The position numbers were made by a program, and so were the translations under genes. Shown here in pieces: positions 20,578 through 28,803 of a stretch of DNA of 41,770 bases. The notes under the pieces were generated by a model, which saw only the letters and a list, made by a program, of their open reading frames with translations, was not told where the DNA came from and did no database searches. Positions within the stretch are counted from its first letter, which is position 1, and each line of letters begins with the position of its first letter. The DNA is from Acidobacteriota bacterium. Its GTDB lineage: Bacteria > Acidobacteriota > Thermoanaerobaculia > UBA5066 > Gp7-AA6. The stretch covers positions 1 through 41,770 of the forward strand of contig JBDUBP010000275.1 of the NCBI GenBank assembly GCA_040004075.1, given 5' to 3'.

Positions 20578-21270
20578 TCTTTTTCTCACCGTCCGACGCT
20601 CGATGCGCTTCTCCCGGGGCGCGACGACGACCCGGTTGACGTAGATCCCGGGCGTGTGGACGTTTTCGGGGTCGATCTCCCCCACCTCCACGAGCACTTC
20701 GACTTCTGCGATCGAGATGCGGCCCGCGGTCGCCGCGACCGGATTGAAGTTGCGGGCGGCGCGGCGGTAGACGAGGTTCCCGATCCGATCGCCCTTCCAG
20801 GCCGCGACGAGCGAAAAATCGCCGACAATGCCGCGCTCGAGAACATAGTCGCGTCCATCGATCGTCCGCGTTTCCTTGCCTTCCGCGACGAGCGTCCCGA
20901 CGCCGGTAGGAGTGAAGAAGGCGGGGATCCCCGCGCCTCCGGCCCGCATTCTCTCGGCGAGCGTCCCCTGGGGAACGAGCTCGACCTCGAGCTCGCCGCT
21001 CAAGAACTGCCGCTCGAATTCCGCGTTTTCCCCGACGTAGGAGGAGACCATTTTGCGGATCTGCCGGTTCTTGAGCAGGATCCCGAGGCCCCAATCGTCG
21101 ACCCCGCAGTTGTTCGAGACGGCCGTCAGGTTCCCGACCCCCCGGCGCCGGAGCGCCGCGATCAGGTTCTCTGGAATGCCGCAGAGCCCGAAGCCCCCGA
21201 CGACGAGCGTCGCGCCCGCGGGGATGTCGCCGACGGCCTCGTCCGCGCTCGCGACGACCTTGTTGATCAC
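20575..21270 (-). CDS. scoA: 3-oxoacid CoA-transferase subunit A
   Basis: [39 protein letters not shown]. Confidence 0.95.
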   Translation of the reverse strand: MINKVVASADEAVGDIPAGATLVVGGFGLCGIPENLIAALRRRGVGNLTAVSNNCGVDDWGLGILLKNRQIRKMVSSYVGENAEFERQFLSGELEVELVPQGTLAERMRAGGAGIPAFFTPTGVGTLVAEGKETRTIDGRDYVLERGIVGDFSLVAAWKGDRIGNLVYRRAARNFNPVAATAGRISIAEVEVLVEVGEIDPENVHTPGIYVNRVVVAPREKRIERRTVRKR

Positions 21271-21276
21271 GGGGGG

Positions 21277-21282
21277 ATCATA
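21277..21282 (-). promoter_or_regulatory. Putative -10 box (TATGAT), leaderless
   Basis: TATGAT-CCCCCC-GTG (6-nt spacer). Confidence 0.6.
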
Positions 21283-21289
21283 CGGGAGG

Positions 21290-21429
21290 GTTGAGCGTTA
21301 GGCGTCGAGCGCTGAGCGCAGGAGCTCAGAGTTCAGAATTCAGAGTTGAGAGTTGAGAGTTCAAAGTTTGAAGCCGGCTGGCCGCGCTGGCTCGCATGAA
21401 CGCCTATCGCTGAACGCTCGACGCTCAAC
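21290..21429. repeat. Nested heptamer arrays
   Basis: Outer GTTGAGC-type arm (21290-21318) is approximately complementary to the ACGCTC-type arm (21398-21429) and encloses a GAGTTSA-type array (about 21322-21368). Confidence 0.85.
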
Positions 21430-22597
21430 CACCCTTCCGGCGGGCAACCGCGACGAACTCGACCACGTCGAGGTCGTCTGACGCGCCGGGAACGCGTCTC
21501 AATCTCTCCAGAGCCTTCGCGCCTTCCGGCGACGGGGTGAAGCGGACCGTTTCGATGCGCGGGGACTCGAATCCGCACGCCTCGAACAGGTCAGCCAGCG
21601 TGCGGCGGGTGAAGAACCTCACGTGGGTGCCCGAGAGGATCGAGTAGGGAACGTAGTCGAAGCGGCCCTGCAGGAGGTCGGCGATCACGGACCAGTGCCC
21701 GACGTTAGGGACCGACGCGACGACGGCTCCGCGGGAGGAAAGCCACGGGCGCACGCGAAGCAGCGCGGCGGAAGGATCCGCCAGATGCTCCAGCACGTCG
21801 CCGAAGAGGACTGCGTCGAAGCGGCCGGCGAAGTCCTCGGTGACGGCTTCGAGCGGTACCGCGAGAACGCGGTCGTATCGCCGGGCGGCCTGGACGGCGT
21901 CTCCCGGGTCGGGCTCTATGCCGATGATTTCCGTGACGCCGGCCCGCCGGAGGGCCGCGCCGGTGCCGCCCCGAGAGCAACCGACGTCCAGCACGACGCG
22001 CGACCCCTCCGGGATCCGCGCCGCCAGGTCCTCCCGCGCCTGCCCGTCCATCTCGCCATACCGGTGCAGGTAGGCGCCGGGATCGACGCGCACCCGCCTG
22101 CCGAGAACCGACGCACGCTCGACGGCGGCGTCGAGCGGAAGATCACGCGGAAATCCGGCCAGCGCTTCGCGGCGAGCGGCGAAGACGGGAGACCGGAACG
22201 GGCCATCGCGGCCAAGTCCCCTCGCCGCCCTGGCAACCGCGCGGGCGGCCTCTTCGAGCAACGCCGGCGTATGGTACGGAAAGGGCGCCTCGCGCCGCGC
22301 GGCCTCGCACCACGGCTCGTTCGAGACGGGCAGGGCGACGTCCGCCTCCCCGGATTCCAGAAGATCGAGAAGACGCCGCGCCGAAAGCGCGGGAAGGTAC
22401 GCCTCGGGATCCGCCTGCACGAGAACGTGCGGGCTCTCGCCCGCGAGGTCCGCGATGGTCGGCCGGGCACCCGCCCGCATCGTTCGCGTCGAAGCCGGCA
22501 GCGTCGCGAGGCATCGGCGCGCGAGACGCCAGGCCCATGGCGACTCCGCTTCGAATCGGGGAACTCCGCCGAGCACCAGATCGAACGGGATGCTCAC
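21425..22597 (-). CDS. Class I SAM-dependent methyltransferase with degenerate GT2-like N-terminal domain
   Basis: VLDVGCSRG, IGIEP, FDAVLFGDVLEHL, SVPNVGH, THVRFFT. The N-domain has GT-A-like fragments but DPE at the apparent DxD position. Confidence 0.85.
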   Translation of the reverse strand: MSIPFDLVLGGVPRFEAESPWAWRLARRCLATLPASTRTMRAGARPTIADLAGESPHVLVQADPEAYLPALSARRLLDLLESGEADVALPVSNEPWCEAARREAPFPYHTPALLEEAARAVARAARGLGRDGPFRSPVFAARREALAGFPRDLPLDAAVERASVLGRRVRVDPGAYLHRYGEMDGQAREDLAARIPEGSRVVLDVGCSRGGTGAALRRAGVTEIIGIEPDPGDAVQAARRYDRVLAVPLEAVTEDFAGRFDAVLFGDVLEHLADPSAALLRVRPWLSSRGAVVASVPNVGHWSVIADLLQGRFDYVPYSILSGTHVRFFTRRTLADLFEACGFESPRIETVRFTPSPEGAKALERLRRVPGASDDLDVVEFVAVARRKGG

Positions 22598-22611
22598 GCC
22601 CGTCGGCGCGC

Positions 22612-22634
22612 CGGGAAACGGGAAACGGGAAACG
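22612..22634. repeat. Heptamer array (CGGGAAA)x3
   Basis: Three perfect copies immediately after the thiolase stop. Confidence 0.8.
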
Positions 22635-22640
22635 ACTCCG

Positions 22641-23822
22641 TCAGAACGCCTCGAGAAGCATCGCGGTGGCTTCGCCTCCTCCGATACAGATCGCCGCGAC
22701 GCCGCGCTTCTTGCCTTCCCGGCGCAGCGAATGCACGAGCGTCGTCAGGAGCCTCGCGCCCGAGGCGCCGATCGGGTGACCGAGGGCGACGGCGCCGCCG
22801 AGGACGTTCACCTTCGCCGGGTCGAGCTCCAGCTCCCGGATCGCCGCCATCCCCACGGCGGCGAAGGCCTCGTTCACCTCGAAGAGATCGATGTCGGAAA
22901 CCTTGAGCCCCGCCTTGTCGAGAAGCTTGCGGACGGCGCCGATCGGAGCCGTGGTGAACCACTCCGGCTCCTGCGCCACCCCGCACCAGCCCGCGATCCG
23001 GGCGAGGGGCTTGATGCCGAGCGAGGCGGCCTTCTCTTCCGAGGAGAGGATCAGCGCCGCAGCGCCGTCGTTGATCTTGGAGGAATTCGCGGCCGTCACG
23101 GTCCCGCCTTCCTTCTGGAACGCGGGCTTCAGGCCGGCCATCTTGTCGAGCGAGGCCGCGAACGGCTCCTCGTCGGCGTCGACGACGGCGGGCGGGCCTT
23201 TCTTCGAGGGCACCTCGACGGGCACGATCTCGTCCGCGAACAGCCCGCGTTTCGAGGCTTCCTGGGCTCGGCGGTAGGACTCGAGGCTGAAGGCGTCCTG
23301 CTCTTCCCGCGTGAAGTGGTACTTCGCCACGCATTTCTCGGCGCAGGTGCCCATGTGGACGTCGCCGTACGGGTCCCAGAGGCCGTCCTTGATCATCGAA
23401 TCGACGAGAACGCCGTGGCCCATCCGGTACCCGGTCCTGGCCCGGTCCAGCAGGTACGGCGCGTTCGACATCGACTCCATGCCGCCCGCCACCGCGATGT
23501 CGTACTCGCCCGCGATGATCGCGTTGGCGACGTCCATCGCCGCGCGCATGCCGGAGCCGCAGACCTTGTGCACCGTCACGCACGGGACCGAATTGGGGAT
23601 GCCGGCCCCCAGGGACGCCTGCCGCGCCGGCGCCTGCCCGAGCCCGGCCTGGAGCACGTTGCCGAGGACCACGGCCTCGATGCTCTCCGGGGCGACTCCC
23701 GATCGCGCGAGCGCGCCGCGGATCGCCGCCGAGCCGAGCGCCGGCGCGGAGAGAGAGGAGAGCTTGCCGAGAAAGGAGCCCACGGGAGTCCGTGCGGCGC
23801 CGAGAATCACCACGTTCTTCAT
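22641..23822 (-). CDS. atoB: Acetyl-CoA C-acetyltransferase (thiolase)
   Basis: RTPVG, GQAPARQA, KVCGSG, NEAF, GHPIGASG, CIGGG. Confidence 0.96.
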   Translation of the reverse strand: MKNVVILGAARTPVGSFLGKLSSLSAPALGSAAIRGALARSGVAPESIEAVVLGNVLQAGLGQAPARQASLGAGIPNSVPCVTVHKVCGSGMRAAMDVANAIIAGEYDIAVAGGMESMSNAPYLLDRARTGYRMGHGVLVDSMIKDGLWDPYGDVHMGTCAEKCVAKYHFTREEQDAFSLESYRRAQEASKRGLFADEIVPVEVPSKKGPPAVVDADEEPFAASLDKMAGLKPAFQKEGGTVTAANSSKINDGAAALILSSEEKAASLGIKPLARIAGWCGVAQEPEWFTTAPIGAVRKLLDKAGLKVSDIDLFEVNEAFAAVGMAAIRELELDPAKVNVLGGAVALGHPIGASGARLLTTLVHSLRREGKKRGVAAICIGGGEATAMLLEAF

Positions 23823-23831
23823 GATTCGACG

Positions 23832-23837
23832 ATTCTA
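23832..23837 (-). promoter_or_regulatory. Putative -10 box (TAGAAT), near-leaderless
   Basis: TAGAAT 9 nt before the thiolase ATG. Confidence 0.55.
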
Positions 23838-23880
23838 ACCGTGCGCGTCCGGGAGGGATTCCACCCTTGGGGACAGGGGG

Positions 23881-23974
23881 GTTGAGCGTTCAGAGTTGAG
23901 GGTTTACGCCGCGGATTCCCCGAGCGGGGGATCAGGGAGCTCTCTCAAAACTGACAACTGTCGACTGTAAACTC
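23881..23974. repeat. Degenerate heptamer arrays in the divergent atoB/ruvX region
   Basis: GTTGAGC GTTCAGA GTTGAGG GTT (23881-23904) and AACTGAC AACTGTC GACTGTA AACTC (23949-23974). Confidence 0.7.
23968..23973 (+). promoter_or_regulatory. Putative -10 box (TAAACT), leaderless
   Basis: TAAACT 7 nt before the ruvX ATG, formed at the junction of two heptamer units. Confidence 0.55.
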
Positions 23975-23980
23975 CTCGGG

Positions 23981-24394
23981 ATGCCTCGCATTCTGGCCAT
24001 CGATTTCGGCGAAAAGCGGATCGGCCTCGCGACCTGCGATGCCGCTGGCATGATCGCCACCCCCCGGCGCACCCTGCTCCGCAAGGGTGACGACGCCTCG
24101 ATCGCCGAGATCCTGGCGTTCTGCCTGGAGGAGGAGGCGGAGGGAATTCTCGTCGGAATCCCGCGATCGCCGGAGGGGGTCGAGAGCTCGTTCGCCGCGA
24201 GGATCCGGTCGTTCGCCCGGAAGCTCGCCCGCAGAACGGCCCTCCCGATCCACTTTCACGAGGAGACGCTGACATCCAACGAGGCGGCCCGGCGGCTTCC
24301 CGCCGGCGCCTCCCGGGAGGCGGCGGACAGGACCGCCGCGGCGGTCCTTCTCGAGGACTGGCTGTCGCACGTGGCGGGCGCGCGGCGCCCATGA
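23981..24394 (+). CDS. ruvX: YqgF/RuvX RNase H-like nuclease (pre-16S rRNA processing)
   Basis: ILAIDFGEKRIGLA, LVGIP, EETLTS, DRTAAAVLL; typical adjacency to mltG. Confidence 0.92.
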   Translation: MPRILAIDFGEKRIGLATCDAAGMIATPRRTLLRKGDDASIAEILAFCLEEEAEGILVGIPRSPEGVESSFAARIRSFARKLARRTALPIHFHEETLTSNEAARRLPAGASREAADRTAAAVLLEDWLSHVAGARRP

Positions 24395-25470
24395 CCACCG
24401 CCCGCCGCATCGTTCGGGTCGTTCTGCTCCTGGCCGTCCTCGGCGTCCTCGGCGTCGTCTACGCGTATTACCGGCTGGAGCATCCCCGCCGCCCGCCGGT
24501 CGCCGCGGGCCGGACGACGGTCCTCTTCCCGCCCGGGACGTCCACGAAGCAGATCTTCGAGCGCCTGGCGAAGGAGGGGGTGGTTCAGGACGCCCGGCTG
24601 GCGGAGATCTACTACCGCGTCTATCGGAGCGGCACCCGGCTCCAGGCCGGCGAGTACCAGTTCGACCGCCCGATGCCGATCGACGAGGCCATCAACCGGA
24701 TGGGCAAGGGGGAAGTCGTCCAGTACCCGATCGTGGTTCCGGAGGGACTGACCGAGGACGAGACCTTCGAGCTCTTCTGGAGCCGCGGATTCGGGGGGCC
24801 CGAAGCCTTCAAGCGCGCGCTCACGGAAACCGAGCTCCTGCCGGGCCTGACCACCGGCGTCAACGACCTCGAGGGTTTTCTGTTCCCGGAGACCTACGTC
24901 GTGACGCGGACGACCTCGGCGCGCCAGATCGTGGACAGCATGGTGGCGCAGTTCCGGAAGAACTTCACGCCCGACCTTCGGGAGAAGGCGCGCGCCCTCG
25001 GGTTCACTCCGCGGCAGGCGGTCATCCTCGCTTCGATCATCGAGAAGGAAAGCGCGATCAAGAGCGAAGGGCCCCTGATCGCGGCGGTCTACTGGAATCG
25101 CCTCAGAAAGAACATGAGGCTTCAAGCGGACCCGACCGTCTCCTACGCCTTGAGACGAGACGGACGCTGGACGGGAACCCTGCACCGCTCGGACTACACC
25201 TACGAGTCGCCCTACAACACGTACACGAACGACGGCCTTCCTCCGGGCCCGGTCTGCAGTCCGGGACTCGCGGCGTTGAAGGCGGCGGTCTCGCCCGCGA
25301 AAACCGACTACCTCTACTTCGTCGCGGACATGACCGGCGGGCACACGTTCACCCGGACCTACGAGGAGCATCTCCAGGCGATCGCGACGGCTCACCGGCT
25401 CCGCGAAGCCGGCGCCCAGTCTCCGGAGCCGGCGTCGACCCCCGAGCCCACCCCCGCGCGGTCGCCGTAG
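24391..25470 (+). CDS. mltG: Endolytic transglycosylase MltG
   Basis: N-terminal TM, LQAGEY, LEGFLFPETY, LASIIEKE, LQADPTV, SPYNTY..GLPPGP, YLYFV. Confidence 0.95.
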   Translation: MTTARRIVRVVLLLAVLGVLGVVYAYYRLEHPRRPPVAAGRTTVLFPPGTSTKQIFERLAKEGVVQDARLAEIYYRVYRSGTRLQAGEYQFDRPMPIDEAINRMGKGEVVQYPIVVPEGLTEDETFELFWSRGFGGPEAFKRALTETELLPGLTTGVNDLEGFLFPETYVVTRTTSARQIVDSMVAQFRKNFTPDLREKARALGFTPRQAVILASIIEKESAIKSEGPLIAAVYWNRLRKNMRLQADPTVSYALRRDGRWTGTLHRSDYTYESPYNTYTNDGLPPGPVCSPGLAALKAAVSPAKTDYLYFVADMTGGHTFTRTYEEHLQAIATAHRLREAGAQSPEPASTPEPTPARSP

Positions 25471-25678
25471 GGCCTTCTCCGCTTGCCGGCGAGCGCGCAC
25501 GGCGAAAGGGCAAACGGCCGAAAGCCGCTGAAACGAAGGGGTTAACGGCCGACCGTCCGGTCCCGAGTCCATCCGGCCCGCTGGAACTGAAAACTCAGAT
25601 CGATAACTGTTTACAATCGTTCGACCGAACGGATCCACACATCATGAAAGTCTCCCCTTCCGGCCAGCGCCGCCGCGC

Positions 25679-27535
25679 GTGGCGATGACGGACGAGCCTC
25701 TGCCGCGGCGTTTCGGGCCGTATCTCCTGACCGCATACCTCCAGGAAGACGCGCTCGGCCGCGTCTATCGGGCGCTCCGTGTCACGGGGGAGAAGGGCTT
25801 CGCCCGCCTCCGCATCCTCGAAGGGCCGGAGATCTCGGAGGACGCGGTGCTCGACGCCATCGAGGAAAACGGCGAGGTCCATACGTTCCTGAAGAACACG
25901 ACCATCTCCCGCGGCGTCGTTCTCGATTCCGCGGACGGGATTCCTTACCTCGCCTGGAGCGAGGACAGCGGACGCACCCTCGACGCGGTCCTCGAGAAGG
26001 CTCGCGGCGAGCACCAGGCGATCCCGTACGAGCATGCGCTGCTGATCGTCGAAAAGGTCGCGACCGCGCTCGACCATGCGTACAACACGACGATCGAGGG
26101 AGAACGCACCCTGCACGGCCTCGTGTGGCCGGGCTTCGTCTCGCTTTCCGACGACGGCGAGATCCGCCTGACCGGCTTCGGCCTTGCCGGCGGCTTTCTC
26201 CCCTCGCTCGGCCGGCCGCGATTCGCCCGGGAGATCGCGCCGTACCTCGCTCCCGAGGAACGCGCCCAGGCGCGGATCGAGAAAAACTCGGATGTCTACT
26301 CGCTCGGAGCGCTTCTCTACGAGATGCTCGTGGGCAAGGCTCCGAGCCCCTCCGATACGGCGGGAGACCTCCGCGCGGCGCTTCGCGACGGCGCTCCCAT
26401 CGCGCCCGAGGTCTCGGCCGTGCTCCGCCTGTGCCTGGGTCCTTCGGAGGCGCGGTTCCAGTCGAGCGGAGAGCTTCGCCGCGAGCTCGGAAAGCTCCTC
26501 TTCTCCGGGCAGTATTCGCCGTCCACTTTCAATCTCGCCTTCTTCCTGAACGGGCTGTTCTCCCCGGAGATGGAGGCGGAAGGAAAGGCGCGGGCGGCGG
26601 AAGCGGCGCTCGACCCTCCCGCCGGAGCCGCGGCACCCGCTTCGCTCTCGCGTCCGAGAGTTCCCTCGCCGCCGGCTCCCGCCCCTCTCACCCCCTCGTC
26701 CCCCGCTCCGGCCCCGGGCCGTTCCCCTGTTTCCCGGGCGCCCGTGCCCGCCGAGCCGGACCCGCCGGCTCGACGCCGCCCGCCGTTCGTGCTCGGCGGA
26801 GCCCTGCTGGTCGCCGCGGCGGTCGGCGGGACGATCTTCCTGGTCCTGCGGCGCCCGCAACCCGCCGTGCGGGTCGCGGCCGTCCCGGCGCTGCCAACGC
26901 AGACACCGGCGACCCCCACCGCGCTTCCGGTGATCGTGTCCGGGCCGACCGCGCGAATGAGCGACTCCGAATTCAAGGACGAGGTCGCGCGCCGGGTCTC
27001 TCAGGAGCTGCGAAAAATCGAGCAGGAGATGCGAAAGCGCACGCCACACGAGGTCCCGAACGCCGCCGCCGTCCTCAAGCCGCGGCCGCTCGCGCCCGCG
27101 GTGAGCGTTGTCGCCGCTCCCGAGCCGCCGGCGCCCGCAGCGGCTGTCGAGGCGCCGACGCCTTCTCCGGTCCGCGTCGCGATCGCGCCGCCTCCCGAGC
27201 CTTCGCCGGTTCCCGAAAGGGAGAGCCCGGATCCCGTTATCCTGGCGCCCGTCGCGGCCGCTCCCGCCATGGAAGTCGCCCCGAAGATCTCCCGGGTGAT
27301 CAAGCCGCTGTATCCGCAGGCGGCGCTGCGCGCCCACATCGGCGGAATCGTCCTGCTGCGCGTCCTCGTCTCGGAAACCGGTGAGCCCCTGGAGATCCAG
27401 GTCCAGAAGGGCGTCGCGGGTGGCCTCACCGAAAGCGCGGTCTCCGCCGTCCGCGCCTGGCGCTTCCAGCCCGGGACCCGCGGAGGAGCTCCCGTCCGCG
27501 GCTGGACGACGATACCGATTCCGTTTGAACCGTGA
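25679..27535 (+). CDS. Ser/Thr pseudokinase - TM - Pro-rich linker - TonB C-terminal domain fusion
   Basis: Kinase scaffold (FGPY, GRVYRA, ALDHA, YLAPE, SDVYSLGALLYEMLVG) with HRD replaced by HGL and DFG by GFG. TM FVLGGALLVAAAVGGTIFLVL. TonB_C: PLYPQAA...GIVLLRVLVSETG...AVRAWRFQPG. Start GTG 25679 or ATG 25685. Confidence 0.88.
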   Translation: MAMTDEPLPRRFGPYLLTAYLQEDALGRVYRALRVTGEKGFARLRILEGPEISEDAVLDAIEENGEVHTFLKNTTISRGVVLDSADGIPYLAWSEDSGRTLDAVLEKARGEHQAIPYEHALLIVEKVATALDHAYNTTIEGERTLHGLVWPGFVSLSDDGEIRLTGFGLAGGFLPSLGRPRFAREIAPYLAPEERAQARIEKNSDVYSLGALLYEMLVGKAPSPSDTAGDLRAALRDGAPIAPEVSAVLRLCLGPSEARFQSSGELRRELGKLLFSGQYSPSTFNLAFFLNGLFSPEMEAEGKARAAEAALDPPAGAAAPASLSRPRVPSPPAPAPLTPSSPAPAPGRSPVSRAPVPAEPDPPARRRPPFVLGGALLVAAAVGGTIFLVLRRPQPAVRVAAVPALPTQTPATPTALPVIVSGPTARMSDSEFKDEVARRVSQELRKIEQEMRKRTPHEVPNAAAVLKPRPLAPAVSVVAAPEPPAPAAAVEAPTPSPVRVAIAPPPEPSPVPERESPDPVILAPVAAAPAMEVAPKISRVIKPLYPQAALRAHIGGIVLLRVLVSETGEPLEIQVQKGVAGGLTESAVSAVRAWRFQPGTRGGAPVRGWTTIPIPFEP

Positions 27536-27538
27536 GGA

Positions 27539-27660
27539 AGTTGAGAGTTCAGAGTTGAGAGTCGAGAGTTACGTCAAGGCGTCGAGGTTGAACATTTCAG
27601 CAAACGAGTTCGGACTCTGAACTCTGAACTCTCGACTCTCAACTCTCAACTCTCAACTCT
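27539..27660. repeat. Inverted pair of heptamer arrays between convergent genes
   Basis: AGTTGAG-type arm at 27539-27570 and ACTCTCA-type arm at 27613-27660; includes the stop of the Dsb gene. Confidence 0.9.
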
Positions 27661-28795
27661 TCCCGAAAATCGACTTGAGCTTCGGGAAAAGCGTGCGCAG
27701 GAACTCTTCCATCACCTTGTCCTCGATCCAGGTGATCTCGGTCCCGTCGATGAAGTACGTCGGAGTGGAATTGACGCCCAGCCGGTAGCCCTCTTCGATC
27801 TCGTGCCGCACGCGCGAGAAGCTCCTCTCCTGCAGGTAGCAGGCGAGGAGATCCGCCGAGGAGATTCCTTCCGCGCCCGCGGTCGTCACCGCGAGCTCGT
27901 CGATCCCTGAGACCGTCATGCTCTCCTGCCGCGCGTAGACCTGCTCCTTGAAGCGAAAGAACGGCGCGGCTCCCGCGGACTTGAAGATGCAGTCGCCGGC
28001 GGAGGCCGCCTTCATCGCCCAGATGTGCCCGAACCACAGGGGGAAGAACTTGTAGTGGCGCCGCGCGTTGACGATCCCCGCGTTGGCTTCGAGGAGCCTG
28101 TCGAACTGGAGGCCGCGCATCTTGCAATACCCGCACTCCATGTCCGCGAATTCGACGATGTTGACGGCCGCCTCGGGCTTTCCGGTCGCGCGCGCCGCGG
28201 AGAGGTCGATGTGCCGGCGCCGCTCCTCGCGCGGATCGCCGCGGAAATCCCACAAGACGCCCTGCAGGAATTTCGTGCCGTCGGCGGAAACGTACCCGGG
28301 GAAACGGACGGGCCCGTATCCGGTCTCGACCGCCACGTTCACGCCTTTGTAGGGAGGGGTGTCCCGCTCGGGCGCGAGCTGCGGAGTCACCTTCGTCCGG
28401 AAGACCGCCGAGATCTTCTCTCCCACCCACGAGAGGTCGGCGGCGGATCGGATCGGCCGAGGCGCCGGGTTCGCCACGGAGTCCCCTTCGAAGAACCACT
28501 TGCCGTCGTCGGAGACGTAGTACAGGCGGTCGACGTTCAACTTCTCGTAGCGGCCCTTCCGCACGATCTTGTAGCCCTGCATCCCCGGGAGACGCTCGGC
28601 CGACTTCGTCACCGCGATGTGGCTCTCGGGGTCCCAGGAGAGAAATCGGAGCGCAAAGGTCTGCAGCTGCGCCTCGACGCCTGCCGCCGGCTCCGGGGCG
28701 CCGGCGGGACGGGCGGCAGCCTTTTTGGGCGCCGCGGCCGCGACCGCTCCGATGGCCGCCGCGATGAGTGCGGCCCCGACGATTCTCTTGTTCAT
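27653..28795 (-). CDS. Exported DsbA/DsbC-like thiol-disulfide oxidoreductase
   Basis: Start reassigned to ATG 28795 (GAGGAG RBS). Signal peptide; EFADMECGYC; GVNSTPTYFIDG cis-Pro loop; two DsbC_N-like segments. Confidence 0.9.
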   Translation of the reverse strand: MNKRIVGAALIAAAIGAVAAAAPKKAAARPAGAPEPAAGVEAQLQTFALRFLSWDPESHIAVTKSAERLPGMQGYKIVRKGRYEKLNVDRLYYVSDDGKWFFEGDSVANPAPRPIRSAADLSWVGEKISAVFRTKVTPQLAPERDTPPYKGVNVAVETGYGPVRFPGYVSADGTKFLQGVLWDFRGDPREERRRHIDLSAARATGKPEAAVNIVEFADMECGYCKMRGLQFDRLLEANAGIVNARRHYKFFPLWFGHIWAMKAASAGDCIFKSAGAAPFFRFKEQVYARQESMTVSGIDELAVTTAGAEGISSADLLACYLQERSFSRVRHEIEEGYRLGVNSTPTYFIDGTEITWIEDKVMEEFLRTLFPKLKSIFGKS

Positions 28796-28803
28796 GTCTC
28801 TCC

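Noticed and set aside
25505-25590. GGGCAAAC-GGCC-GAAA-GCCG, resembling the 5' half of a c-di-GMP-I riboswitch, upstream of the pseudokinase-TonB gene
   Set aside because: The conserved GACGCAAAG and tetraloop-receptor stem are not evident, and a candidate -10 (TACAAT near 25613) lies downstream of it. An Infernal search with RF01051 would settle it.
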